DNA of 64,000 nucleotides. Source: Stegostoma tigrinum. Its lineage: Eukaryota. The notes below the pieces were generated by a model. The model saw only the letters and a program-made list of their open reading frames with translations, was not told where the DNA came from and did no database searches. This document shows, in pieces, positions 25,101 through 39,200 of this stretch; positions within the stretch are counted from its first letter, which is position 1; each line of letters begins with the position of its first letter. The position numbers were made by a program, and so were the translations under genes. The stretch spans positions 33,757,608-33,821,607 of the forward strand of contig NC_081376.1 in assembly GCF_030684315.1 (NCBI RefSeq), given 5' to 3'.

Positions 25101-28100
25101 AGATGTCAGAGGTAGTTTCTTTACTCAGAGAGTAGTAAGGGAATGGAACGCTTTGCCTGCAACAGTAGTAGATTCGCCAACTTTAGGTACATTTAAGTCG
25201 TCATTGGATAAGCATATGGACATACATGGAATTGTGTAGGTTAGATGGGCTTGAGATCGGTATGACAGGTCGGCACAACATCGAGGGCCGAAGGGCCTGT
25301 ACTGTGCTGTAATGTTCTATGTTCTATGTACCTGCAAATCCACTTTCAATGAACAATGAAGCTGCATTCCAAGGTCTCTTTGTTCAGCAATTCTCCCCAG
25401 ACCTCATATTAAGTGTATAATTCCTGCCCTGATTTGCCTTCCCAAAAATGCGGCACCTCACATTTATCAAAATTAAAATCCATCAGCCAGGGCATAGGCC
25501 AAATGTTGGCAAATGGGACTGGGTCAGATTGGAATGTCTGGTTGTTGTGGATGAGTTGCACCGAAAGGTCTGTTTCCATGCTGTACATCTCTATGTCTCC
25601 TATTCATATACTCATACAGATGCCTTTTACATGTTGAAATTTTGCAGTTTCAATGCTGTATGAATCCATGACTCTAAAGCTGATTTTATGTTTATTACTG
25701 TGACCGCAAAGAGCCATAAGAATGTTCAACCTATAAAGACCAGTTTAAAAACACTATTGATCATCCACTTCAATTAAATACAAGAGACAGGAACAGGAAC
25801 AGACCATATGGCCCGTCGAGCCTGCTCCACAATATAATACTGTGTATTATATCAAGACTGACTGTAGGCTTTAACACCACTTTCCTGCCCACTCCCCCAT
25901 ATCCCTTAATACCCTGAGAGATTGAATATTTTTCTATCCAGCATTGAATTCAGCAATGAAACATCCATAAGCTAATGGGTAGAGAATTCCATCAGCTTTT
26001 GGGTGAAATAATTGCTACTCATCTCAGTCCCAAATAATTGGCCTAGTGAAATGATGACTTTCATCCTCATCTTCTTTAACCTTTTGCTATCAGTCCGCCA
26101 TAAAGAGGAACAGTTGTATTCATGAACAGGAGCCAACATGACATTAATATGAGCAAGAGAATTGCAAATGCCATCTTGGACAAACAGTGCTTCCTGCAGA
26201 AGAAGAACCCATCTTTGGTGAACCACATGGAACCAAATATTTCAGGACTGAAACGGTTAATAATAGGGCCCTGGGGAGTGTTGCCAAACAAAGAGACCTA
26301 GGGGTGCAGGTGCATAGTTCCTTGAAAGTGGAGTATAGCATTTGGGATGCCATGTTGCAGCTGTACAGCTCATTGGTTAGGCCACTTTTGGAATACTGTG
26401 TTCAATTCTGATCTCCCTGCTACAGAAACAATGTTGTGAAACTTGAAAGGGTTCAGAAAAGATTTACAAGGATGTTGCTGGTGTTGGAGTGTTTGAGCTA
26501 CAGGGAGAGGCTCAATATGCTAAGGCTATTTTTCCTAGAAGTTTATAAATTCATGAGGGGCATGGATAGGATAAATAGCCAAGGTCTTTTCCCTGGGTCC
26601 AAGACTAGGAAGGCATAGGTGTAAGGTGAGGGGGGAAAGATTTAAAAGGGCTTGACAGGCAACTTTTTCACACAGAAGGTGGTGCATGCATGGAATGAGC
26701 TGCCAGTGGAAATGGTAGAAGCATGTACGGTGTAAAAGTTATTTGAACAGATACACGGACAGGAAAGGTTTAGAAAGATATGGGCCAAATGCTGGCAAAT
26801 GGGACATGTTCAGTTTAGGATATCTGTTTGATGCAGACAAGTTAGATGAAGGGCCTTTTCCGGTGCTAATGACTCTCATGCTTCATGATGTTTTAATTAT
26901 TTCACAGTTTTCTTATCAGCCATAGCTGCATATTTCAACTTCATATTACAAAGTTCAAAACAGTCTCTCCAGCAACAACCAACTTTTTAAAGGATGCAAT
27001 CTATAAGTGTGTCACTGAGTGTTTTTCACAGCACAAGTAGATAAGAGAATGAACTTTCTCATTATTACACTTTGCAGGAATCCTAATATAGGCATGTACT
27101 TGCCCAATCTCATTTAAAAGAGAAGATTAAATTCGGAACTTAACTAAACAGTAGGTGAAATCACTGTTTGTTTGAATGCAACAAAGCAAATACCTGCTGG
27201 GAATCTAGCTACGTTTTATAAAGATAAGCAGGAATAGAGGTATAGAAATCTCTCTCAGAATTCCCTTGCTAAATACTGGAAGATCATACTAGAAAGTAAA
27301 TCATACTTTGTTCACATTTGTGTGGCAACGTAGGCCAATGATGATCCCAGTTCGTGTGACATTAACTGACCTCAGCTAGGGCAGCAGATGAGGCACTTTG
27401 ATTGCTATTTAGCAATTGCCACTGAAAAACATTCATGGGAACAGAATAAACATTCATGGGAACAGAAAATTTTGGAAATACTCAACAGGTCAGACAGCAT
27501 CGCTGACACAGAAGTTAATCTTTCACTGGCCCATTGAGGATTTCCAGCATTGTTTTTATTTCAGATTTCTAGCACACGTGGTATTTTGCTTTTGTGCAGA
27601 TATTGGTTGATGGTCAGATGCTTAAAAAGCAGGAAGCACTCAATAAAGTTTTTGTATGAACAGCATGAAAAGTAAAATGCAAAACTGAAGGCCACCTAGT
27701 ATTCCAGGAGCTAACCCTAGTATGACTGAGTTTGACAGATGAGGATAGAAAAGTGAAAACATTTATAGTATTTTTTTTTCAGATAAACCAGGTGGGAATC
27801 CTAATCCAGCAGGTGTGGTAAACACTAATGAAGCATTTTGCTGCGTGGTTCGAACTCGGTTGAATGGCCATTCACTTGTATTCTCTGGTGAGGTGGACTG
27901 CAAAGACAACTCTGACCCAAGGCTGAAGGCTCCCCAGTGTTATGTGGAACTAAAGACGAGCAGAGAGATTTACAGTCCAAACCAAGAGAGGAATTTTCAC
28001 AGGTTGGTAGTCTTTGCCTCATGTATCCCCATTGGAACATAGAACAATACAGCGCAGAACAGGCCCTTCGGCCCTCAATGTTGCGCTGACCTGTGAACTA

Positions 28101-31100
28101 ATCTAAGCCACTCTCCCTACACTATCCCATCATTATCCATATGCTTATCCAAGGACTGTTTAAATGCCCCTAATGTGGCTGAGTTAACTACATTGGCACG
28201 CAGGGCATTTCACGCCCTTACCACTCTCTGCCTCTGACATCTGTCTTAAATCTATCACCCCCCAATTTGTAGCTATGTCCCCTTGTACAAGCTGAAGTCA
28301 TCATCCTCGGAAAAAGACTCTCACTGTCCACCCTATCTAATCCTCTGATCATCTTGTATGTTTCAATTAAATCCCCTCTTAGCCTCCTTCTCTCCAATGA
28401 GAACAGACCCAAGTCCCTCAGCCTTTCTTCATAGGGCCTGCGGTCCAGACCAGGCAACATTCCTGGTAAATCTCCTCTGCACCTTTTCCAATGCTTCCAC
28501 ATCCTTCCTGTTGAAAGATTAAATTAAGCTATTCTAAATGGCACATCCAGCTAATGAATATATTCCTGTAAACACCTACAGAGCACAGCTGCAATGTTAT
28601 CCACAATGCTCGATTGTTGTATATAGTAAATATCCACATCTATGCCTGGCTACACAGAGAACTCGGTTTTTAAAAGCAACTTTATCCTGAGTGTGTGAAA
28701 CTGAAGCATCAGCCATCTATTTCCCAGATATTTTTAAAATGAGAAAGAATTCCTTTTTAAAATAACAGTATTAATATACCTCTTTTGATATTATGATAAA
28801 ATTTCAAAATAACACAACCAACATACAGGATATTGGTGAAGAGATTGGAAATAACAGGTCCACACACAGATGCCGATTATGCAAACCTTGACAGGACTGT
28901 AGGACTCGTCCCAGTATTAAGTGGAAACCAGGGAAGGGGGAGACACAATTCAAAAGGGAGAAGATGACAGTGCTGCAGAAAGAAGGGTTTTTTTTAATAA
29001 GTGTATTCATTAGCTGAATGATCAAATGAAGCAAAATGTATAAGGCAGACTTGTTTTTAAAAAAGCCTAATTTCATTTATCTCCATCATAGATTACAGCA
29101 CAAATTTGTTCTTACCTGAATTAACAATGTGCAATTTAACTGTGAACTTTTGATAGGATCAGTGAGGGCTTTGACCCTCTGACTCTCCCCTACGTTACAT
29201 TCAAGAATTCTGATAATGCTTCTCTACACTCTATTTTTAAATGCTATTAACAATCTTGAGTGATCATAATACATTTATCACTCCCACTAATGCATAGTTG
29301 TTTCGTGCACAATGAAGCTGCGGGAACTGGAGCTCTGGTTGTCAAGTGTAACTTTTGCTTAATGAAATACATCTCAACAATGGATACAGCAAAGGAATTT
29401 GAGAGTGTGAATCTTGTCTACACAGATTTAAATTGATCAAATGGTGGGCACAGTCTTTTCTGCCTGGAGTACCTCGGATAATCACAGGCTTTAGAGATGA
29501 TAATGGAATGATAGTTTCTCTTCAGTCTTTTGAAACAATGAAGATTCATCATCTTGTCAAGGTTTGCACATTTAAAATCAATTAAACTTTAGAAGTAATT
29601 CTCAAAGTTATGGACTGCCAGCTGCTTAACTATTGAAAATGGTTGGGGGAGTATAAATTAGACAATAAATGAAAATTGTAAATCTTGCCACTTCATTGAT
29701 TTTACCAGGAACACCCACAGAACTATTGCTAAACTGTAACTTAACCAACTGAATAGCAAGAATTACAGTGGTACTAAAACAATAACAAAAATCACAAACT
29801 GAAACACTGCCCAAAGTTCTAGCTCACTCCAGTTACAAGGAAAAGATATCTCCAATGATAACTATCTTTGAAAGTGAAAGCACAATCAAATTGTTCAAGA
29901 CTGGATTTCCACGTCCTTGTGTGGTTTCCGGGAACAGTTTGTTCTAATACCTTCCACTTACAGCAAATGCATTTTGTTTAATAATGTAGATTCATAATAA
30001 TAACTCAGGCCTCCACTTATTAATGTGGTGAAATATACTGAAGTCATTGGTTGGTGCATTCTGTGTAGAATTTTCTACCAGTTGTGGAATTTCCCAGACA
30101 TAAGCAAATTCCGATCAGAATCCCCGTTTAATCTTTGAGCACAGATCAAAGATTAACTTAGATAAGTTTCCTTACAGAAATTCTCTGCAAAATGGCTGAG
30201 TAACTCGAATGACCTCTAATTAGTACGGACAATATTACAACAGTTCTTTTATTAAAACCTGGCAACGTGCTAACTGTCTGGCTTGATTGTCATTGAATTG
30301 CAGTGCATAAATGGAGTGCATTTGTTGTCCTTTTCTAGAAGGTACCTTTCTATCTAGCCCCCACTTTTGCAGACTGTTTTTAACTGGGTCAAATGTGAAG
30401 CTCCTCTGATGGATGAACAGATCAACAGATACCACATTTGATTCTCTTCAGATGATAAGTCAGCAGTTAGGATGCTGTTTAGCCTCTTGTTTCTGGATAG
30501 GACTGATTCTCACACATGATGGTTGATCATCTGAGGACATTGTCTAACTTGGGCAGATGCCACAATTGTACTGATCAGCTGTAGTGAGGTAAATGGCCAA
30601 TTTCTGTATTCCTGAAGCAGACTGCATGGGGTTTTATGTAAAAATATGAGAACTGTAGTAATGCCCCTCTCTTTATGCCAGACTTCAAATTAAAGACACT
30701 TTTGTTTCCATCTCAAACAGAATGAACGGAATTGCTGGAAGCCTGCAGTCTGTCTAAATTTCTGCAACGCTTTTCTGTCCTTTGTGAAGAAAGCAGTGAC
30801 CCGAGACGATCACCGGTATGATTTAATTCAGTTCTCCTGAAGAATTCTTTGAGACTTCTTTTTTCCTCAGATGCTATTTCAGATACGGGGATTGGTTAGC
30901 TCAGTTGGCAGGACAGCTGGTTTGCAATGCACAGTGATGCCAGCATACTGGCTCCAGTTCCCAAAGCAGCTGAGGAATATTGGTCTCACCTTCTCAATAT
31001 CTTACCCCTCACCAGAGGAATGGTGCCTCTCAGATTAAACCACCACCGACTGTCTTTCTCTAATGAAAGAGCAGGCCTGTGGCCTGATAGGACTGTGCAA

Positions 31101-32463
31101 CCTTAGCTTTAATTTCGGATAATAACACACTTTTGAAGCTAATCTGTGGACGTGTTAAATGTCATGACCTATATCTTGGGCACAGCAATTGTGATGGGCA
31201 AGGCCATTCAGTCCAGTCATTTAAATTTCAGACTAACTCATTACCTATTCATAAATTAATCTGACTAATCAGATCAACCTTCAAAACATCCAAATGGTTG
31301 AAGTCAATGACTTGAAAAAAGAAATTGAACTCCCATCAGAAATATATTTTTCATGAACAGGTGAGTTCAAGGCTGAAGACAAACTGGCTAAGTTCTGTAA
31401 ACGCTTTTTTAAAATTTCATTAAACAATGTAAAGGAGAAAAAGATTAACTAGCAAAGGAACAGGCAAACTAAATGCAATGGTGGACAAATATTAATTCAG
31501 CCATTGTTTTTTTTCAATCCCAAGTTAGACTACTTCACTACTAAAATGTACTGATGAGCAAAGTGTGTTAATATTACTGTACTTTATCATTTCTTCTCCA
31601 CAATATAAGAAGGAAGCCCTGAGGATCTAGACCTGTCTGAACCATGGGATCTAATTCGTCTAATAAGCTAAATTCTTCTTCAGTCGTTGCTATGCAAGTA
31701 ATTGTGTCTGATTACTGAGATAACCATGATGCAGAGCTACCAGTGTTGGATTGGGATGGACAAAGTCAGAAGTCACACAACACCAGGTCATAGTTCAACA
31801 GGTTTACTTGGAATCACAAGCTTTCAGTGTAATGCTCCTATGTCAGGTGAAGTGAGATTTCATTAGATTTCACTTGACAAAGAAGCAGTACTTCAAAAAG
31901 CTCGTGATTTCAAATAAACCCATTGGACTATAATCTTGTGTCGTGAGATGACTGATATAATAATAGGAGTCACTGTTTAAAAATCAAGGGTTATCGATTT
32001 AGAATTGAGATTAGGTACTTTTTCTCAAGATCATAAGTGCTTGAATATTTTTAAGGTAAATATAGGTAAATTTTTGTTAAGCAAGTGAGGTTAAAGTTAT
32101 CAGGACTAGGTGGGAATGTGGATTTGAAGTTACAATCAGACCAGCCATGATCTTATTGAAAGGTGGAGTGGGCTCAAAGGGCTGAATGGCTTATTCCTGC
32201 TTCTGATTCCTGTATTCTTTCATGCAGCTGTCAAGTTTGGGGACGCCATTGCTGATCTTCTGTTGTACAGCTTGTTACCATTGGTCTAATATAAACCACA
32301 TTCTCTAAACTTTCTTTGTTTTTTTAGGATGGTGACCCTTTTTTCCTGGGAACCTGGTAAAGATATTTCATATACAGTGCACACAGACCGCACATATGCT
32401 TTCCTACCAGACTGGTATGTAGAAAATATGATTGTTCAAGAAGGTAACCACAACCCTGAGTGA
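22132..32463 (+). CDS. DXO: Decapping and exoribonuclease protein DXO (DOM3Z, Rai1 family), 6 coding exons, 424 aa
   Basis: Exons: 22132-22592, 23883-24109, 27783-28002, 29426-29561, 30721-30815, 32328-32463 (1275 nt), GT-AG with consistent phases. DXO/Rai1 motifs are intact: [42 protein letters not shown] and C-terminal FLPDWY. An acceptor at 22098 lies upstream of the ATG; AATAAA at 32571-32576. Confidence 0.95.
23173..23425 (-). mobile_element. HE1-like V-SINE
   Basis: Similar to 37807-38126 and 63262-63466. Confidence 0.7.
24614..25328 (+). mobile_element. Relatively young CR1 3' fragment nested in an older minus-strand CR1
   Basis: RT peptides and a GTTCTATGTTCTATG tail. The host CR1 sequence (..ACCCTGTCTA / CCTGCAA..) is split around it. 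Confidence 0.8.
26235..26880 (+). mobile_element. CR1 LINE 3' fragment
   Basis: [14 protein letters not shown] and [22 protein letters not shown] peptides. Confidence 0.8.
27427..27467. repeat. 21-bp tandem duplication
   Basis: AAACATTCATGGGAACAGAA(T) x2. Confidence 0.85.
28036..28510 (-). mobile_element. CR1 LINE 3' fragment ~33 bp from a DXO splice donor
   Basis: [29 protein letters not shown] peptide and a (GTTCTAT)-type tail. Confidence 0.85.
30885..31110 (+). mobile_element. tRNA-derived SINE (different family)
   Basis: Head GGTTAGCTCAGTTGG (A-box-like) with a degenerate B box. The body is non-tRNA. Confidence 0.5.
31727..31948. mobile_element. Old fold-back PLE-derived element (third family) with two degenerate hammerhead motifs
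   Basis: Imperfect inverted arms at about 31775-31855 and 31868-31945. Degenerate CACCTGAC..AGGAGCA..GAAAGCTTGTG (-) and CACTTGACAAAGAAGCAGTACTTCAAAAAGCTCGTG (+). Confidence 0.55.
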
Positions 32464-33263
32464 GGAGCATTGTTATGATATGATTCAAAGGAAATGTGAT
32501 AATGAACTACTGTCCTGTAATTTATGGTTCTGTACAAAGTGATACTTTAAAAAATGTACATAAACTTTGTAATAAAAGTTTTAAAACACACAACCTTTCC
32601 CAGCCATGGAAACACTTACTTGTTTCATTTCAATAATGTACAATTTCCATAGATAACTTCACTAATTTGTGGAAATAGCCCACATATAGTAACATTCAAA
32701 CACCTCCAAGCTGAGAGCCAGCATGTTCTATTTATTCCCCTTTTATTAACAACATCCACCTTAACATTGGAAGAAAGTGCTCCACAGAGGTTTTTCACAG
32801 CAACTCCATTTAGTCACTGGGTTGAACTACATGTAACAAAAATGTAAGTTAGAAATACAGAGCTACTGGCACAAATTATATTAATTCTAAATGGAAACAT
32901 CTTCGTGAAATGCATACTTTTTCACCAAACACCCACAACCAAGTTTTATCCTGTATACAAACTGAATTCCTCCATTCTTCCAGCTTTGCTACCCTGGGTA
33001 AAATGTAAATTAACCTAGTGGCTGTAGTATATACCATTCTGTCTTTGAAAGTGTTTTTGAAACACATACTGAAGGCTCAATCCTGCAATGGTTTTGCAAA
33101 CTAAATGTAACAGCTTATTGTTTAACTGTGCAGTTTTCACCATTGTTAAAGCATGACTTCGAGGAAACAAGGTGATATTACTCAGGCTAATGCCATTGCA
33201 GCAACAGATCAGAAGTTGAATGGTTTTCCTGCAACTCTCAGTTTAGCTTTCTGAATTGCTGAA

Positions 33264-36200
33264 TTAATGTTTGGCTGTTTTAGATAATCCCATGATTTTG
33301 AAGGTAATCCCTGCAATCCTCTCGTAGACCAGGAACATGAGAGCGGCAGTAAAAACAGTTTGAAGTAGTTTGGCTTCAAGACCCTTGTAAAGTCCTGAGA
33401 AACCACCTTTTCTGTTCACAAGAAGAAAAAAAACTTATTTTAAAAATGTTAATTGTACATAATTTATGGAAAATTAGAAATTGTTTGAAGTGGTTAATAA
33501 CTTGCGAGAAAGAGCAGTGTAAAAATAAATGCTGTAAATCAAATTAATGTCTTAGGCTGACTCTTACTTAAGTCTTTCAGATATCAGAGCAAAAACCACA
33601 CGGGCACTCTCCTGAAATGTACTTTGCGACTTCCTTTTCTTTGGTTCAAACTGCAAAAGAAAGCAGCGAGATAAAGCCAAAAGAAAATACATTTGTATAA
33701 CTGCTAAATTTTGACCTCATTTGCTGTCTATACCCGTAGTATAGCCTGCACAATTTGCAAAGGGTAGGTCACTGTTGTGGCAATCGCTTTCGCTATGGCT
33801 CCAATCATAAATATTTCCCAGGATGGTATCTGCGGAGAGATTTATCATATCTGTTAAAGGTCTAGTGTTGTTCTTTTGAAACTCTGTTGGTTATTAATCT
33901 TTCTTGCATTTGAAGATATGTTATAATCTGTCCCCACACAGTTCAAAGAAGTAAACCTTAACTATGATTCTGTTAATGAAATACAACTGCTCAGGCAATG
34001 ATACTGGAAAATGACAAGCCCCTGCATGTACCTGTCTCCCTGCTTTGCCTGCTTTCCGTTTTAAACCCTCATAAAACATGAACTGGATTCCAGGATTACA
34101 GACCAAGATAAGAGATGGTAGGATCCCATTCCAGAGAGTTCCCACACCTTCATTGGTGATGATCTGTTGGAAAGCATCTGAAGAGAAAGAGACAGTTAAA
34201 TTTGACTGCACTGTTGCTCGGACATATTCACTGTACTTTTATTACAGCCCCCTTCCAACTCCATCCCCAAATATAATGGTCAGTAATCTTCTTCATTGTG
34301 GCACAGCTACAGCTATTCCATGTAGTGAAGATACTTTCACCATTGAATTCAACAGATCATACAGTACAGAAACAAAGCAACCAATCCATGCTGGCATTTA
34401 TGCTCTACTCAAGGCTCCTCCCATCCTTCCTGATCTAATACCTAGCTTTGGCTTCTATTCCTTTGTCCCTCTGGTTATTATGTTCCCTGTTATACAATCT
34501 TCCCCAACCACTCCTTATTGCAACAAGTTCCATATTCTTACTATTGTCTGGATAAAGAAGTTCCTCCAGAATTCCCTATTTGATTTCTTAACTATCTTTC
34601 ATTGAAATTTACTAGTTTTGCTTTCCCCAACAAGTAGAAACACTGGAAACTCCATGAAATCCTTCATTATTTCAAAGACCTGAATTCAACTAAACCAAAG
34701 AGAAGGAAAAAAGCACCTGGATTTACTGCATAGATAGTTTACAGTCACTTGGAGTTCTCTCCTCTCCACCACTATCTACCCCAAGAACAAGCACTACCAC
34801 TTATTCCGTCTCTTAGCTAAGTGCTGTAAATATTACTGAAGTCTTTTTCTTAAATATTGTTTATTTTAATATTTGAAATATACTAGCTTTAGCTAAGTTA
34901 TTCTTAGTGTTAGATTCTCGTTGGGTTTGAGAACATTGTGGACAACTCAGTCAGGGCAAACAAGCAACAAAGTCCAAAGTAAGGAAAAACGAAAGAATCA
35001 CAGCAGGTCCTCATCACCTCATCGCAAGGAATTTTTGAGGAGGCCGTGAGCCATAATTTTGTCGTGGATGGTGGATCAAAGGAAATAATTACACAAATGA
35101 AACAGTTCATAAATTTACCTACTTAATCCCATAAAATTAAACAGTTTGTTGGATTCTCCTCCTTTTCAAAAGCAAAAACTGTGACTATAAATTACTGTGA
35201 CTTACCCTACACTGTCAAACCAAAATGAAAGTTCTACTAAAAATGAGGAAAGGTTGAGGACAAAATTCACTGACCAGATTCCAGAGTTGAACAGTGTGTA
35301 AGAATTTTCATGGTTTGGGGGGGGGGGGCGTAGGAAAACCCCAATTTCAATGTTTCTTAATGTTTGTAGATTCAAATTCCAAAGAAGTTAAACTAAATTA
35401 AAATGGACGGGTGTAAATGGTGATTTTCTGCACCATTGCACTCACTCGCTTTCATGAGTGTGACAATTTAACAGTAAAGCTTTCAATTTCCTTTTTGTTC
35501 CTGACATACATGCACACCCTATTTTTAAGTACCACAAGACTCATTGTTCTTCATTTCTAAATGCAAATATGGAAATTAGCTGTCAAAGACAGTTTATTTA
35601 ACAGTTGGAAGACTCACCGAGAATACCTTTGTAGTCAGTCTTATGGATATCCTCCTTTCTAAACTTTGCTCCTTGCAGCTTCAATCTTGTGTTGACTACC
35701 CACATTGGCGTTGTTAGGAAAACATTAATAGCACCTAACAAACAAATCTATGGTTTCAAAAAATCCTTATTGACAGCCCTTGAATAAATGCAGGTTGGTC
35801 ATTGTATGCTAATTCATATATTGTACATCATAGTTCGCAGTTTAGGAATAGGCTGTATTAAATATTAATACTCTTTTAAACATGAGTAAGTTTTGATGGC
35901 AGCCTAATTTAAAACAGTGTTGAAAGTTGTAACAAAAAATTGGAATTAATTTCAAAATAGATTGTAATTGTATTGTTTCCTTGCTTTTCTTTGTCACAGG
36001 AACATAAGAAATAGGAGCAGAAGTTGGCCATTCAGCCCCTCAAATCTGTCATGCCAGCTCTTCAGGGCCCTCAACTCCTTGATATTTCAAAAATCTCTTT
36101 CTTTAAATACTTCCTGATCAAGCCTACACAACTCTTTGGGTCGAGAATTCCTAAACTATCAGAAGAAATTCCTTTGTATCTCAGTTTTAAATGAGTATCC

Positions 36201-39200
36201 CAATTTGAGATTCCCTTACCAGTACTTTTCAACACCTATGCTGTCAAACCCCCTCAGAATCATGAATGTTTCAATAAGGTTACTCCTAATTCTTCTAAAC
36301 TCTAATAAAGGTCTAAACTATTTAGCCATTCTTGATGAGACAACCATTAATCCAAGGAATCAGCCTACTGAATCTCCTTCAGACTGTCTCCAATACTAAT
36401 ATATCCTTTCTTCAATATGCGAGGGCAAAACTGTATGCATTACTCCAGATGCAGCCTCACTGACACCGTGTAGTTTTGTAACATGATATCCGCATTTTTA
36501 AGCTCCAACCCTCTCATAATAAAAGCTAAAATTCTAGTTGGCTTCTTAATTACTTGCTGCAACTGCACGCAATTCCCTTTGTGCTGTGCATTTTTGGAAC
36601 TCTGTCAATTTAAATAATACTCTTCCTTTTAATACTACTTCTCAAAGTGCACAATCTCACATTTTCCTGCATGATACTCCATCTGCCGTTTTTGCATACT
36701 TGCTGGTACACTGCGATACAATTCAGCTTTCCAAAGGGACAGTTTGGGTCTAAAAGTCAACAATTAATTATGCTGACTCCCAATATAATTAAAATTTTAT
36801 GAAAAAGGATTCTTTTCATTCAGCACTGACATTTTTCTACAGTTAAGGTACTATATAAACATATTTTCCCTATATTTAGGTCAAGTTATTGCTTTGGTTG
36901 ACACCATTTTTTAGAAAGTCATAAAATTGAAGCCCCATCACCTTAAGTAATTTTTTTTAAGAAATACTCCCCAAAATATCAGTTGTAATAAGACTGGTAA
37001 TGTTATAGTGACTGGTAATCCAGGATGTCTGGACTAATGATTTCAGAGACATTCAATTAAACAACTTTATCATAAAAAGATGGTATCAGTAATAGTGACC
37101 ATGAAAGTACCAGATAGTCATTAAAAACCCAATGTTCTTATTTGGTCTGGCCTACATGTGACTCCAAGGCTACAGCAATGTGGTTGACTTTTGAGGTCCA
37201 TTAAGCCACCTTGAACTCCTGACCCAACAGCATGGACTATACCTATACCAAATGGACAATGACAGTTCAAACAATTGCCTCTCACCATCACCTGCAAGGG
37301 ACATTAGGGATGGGCCAGTCACTAAAAGGCTGAAGGACCTGTACCTGGCATCTCCTTTCCACCCCCCATCCCATCTATTCCCAATTGTTAATCATCAATC
37401 CAATGTCAGTTCCATGCAGGAATTCCCCACTCCATGAGGTGACGATTTATTATTAAATGATCTTTAGTCTTAAGTCATAATGGCTTGTCTTCATGGATAA
37501 ACATAATCTTTTCCCTTCTGCACTCTCCATATGTATTTCAGGCAAGCCTGAGAGTTATTGGGGGTGAGCATTCTAGCTGTTTTATTACCTCAAACTCAAA
37601 AGGGGGCCAGGGCAAGTAAAACAAGCCTGCACCCAACTGAGAGCAACTAATTTAGAACAGAATGAGGAACTGAATTTGATACAGTCCTTACCTGTACTGC
37701 TGACCCCCTTCAATACTGGATAAAACCAACCAGAAAGTCGGTAAAACCCTCATAAGTGCCTGATTCAATTAAACAACAAGGCCACAAACCAAAACTCAGG
37801 CATTTCATAGAAGCCCCTCCCAAGTGTGGAAACAGGCCATTTGACCCAACATGTCCTAACCGACCCTCTGAAGGGCATCCCACCTAGACCCATCCCCCCA
37901 CCCTATCCCTGTAACCCTGCATTTTCCCATGGCTAATGCACCTATCCCACACATCCCTGGGGACTATAGAGAATTTAGCATTGCAAATCTACCTAACTTA
38001 CACATCTTTGGACCGTGGGAGGAAACCAGGGCACCCAGCAAAAACAGGGAGAATGTGCAAAGTCCACACAGACAGTCGCCCAAGGGTGAAATCGAACCTG
38101 TCAACCACTGAGCTACCGTGCCGCCCACATTTCACTTTTACTAGTTCAGAGTGCACCCACTATCTGTGCATTCCTTCATTTACAATCTCTTTAGTTCCAC
38201 AGGCCAAGTCTCATTGTTCATGTATAGATTTCCTATCTTTTGAGAACACAGTCATGTATTTTATCATTTTGGCACGTGCTTTAGTGCAGGCGTGGTACAG
38301 ATTTTTATGCTAAAGTTTCAGAAATACCAGGAGCAGCTTAGTTTATTGTGAAGTTGTGCAAAATAGCAATTATCTTTATTCTACCTTCTATAAATTTGAG
38401 GCATATCAACTTGTACTTCTATTGTGTCTTTAACAAAATAAAACATCCCACTATCCTTCCCTGGTGAATTATAAAACTAACACTGAGCCATATAGAAAAT
38501 ATTAGATCGGATGACCGGCTTGTGCAGGCTTGTTTTACTTGTCCAAATTCTGCTGCCATGTCCTTACTCTCAAAGTCTTGTTCACTCATCACTTGTTCAC
38601 TAACCTACAATGACTCCTGTTTGAGCAATATCCCGAATTTAAAATCCTCATCTTTCTTTTTAAATCCCTCCATGCTCTTTCCTATCTCTGTAACCTCCTC
38701 CAGTCCTGAAACCCTCTAGGATATCTGCAGTCCTTCAATCTGGCCACTTGCACATCTCAGAAGTCCATTGTTCCACCATCGTAATGTCTTCAGCTGCCTA
38801 AGTACTAACTTCTGGAATTTTCTGCCCCTCCTTTCCCTTTAAGACAATCATTAGAACTTACTTCTTTTGCCAAGCTTTCGGTCATCCGATCTAATATTTT
38901 CTATATGGCTCAGTGTTAGTTTTATAATTCACCAGGGAAGGATAGTGGGATGTTTTATTTTGTTAAAGACACAATAGAAGTACAAGTTGATATTGTTGTC
39001 TTTATTTTATAAATGTCTGTCATTTACCATTAAAGAACTGAAGGTCAAATTCTAGGAATGATGTTCTCATACAGTTCTCAACTGACCAGGAATCAAGCAC
39101 AAGAGTATCTAGAATCCAGCAATTCAGATAAGGATCTCTGTATTTGACATATTGGACAGCTTGCAATCCCATTACACATCACTGTCTACCTGCAATGCAA

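Noticed and set aside
34078-34605. 175-aa plus-strand ORF
   Set aside because: Antisense to a carrier exon and continuing into a CR1 tail; no domain.
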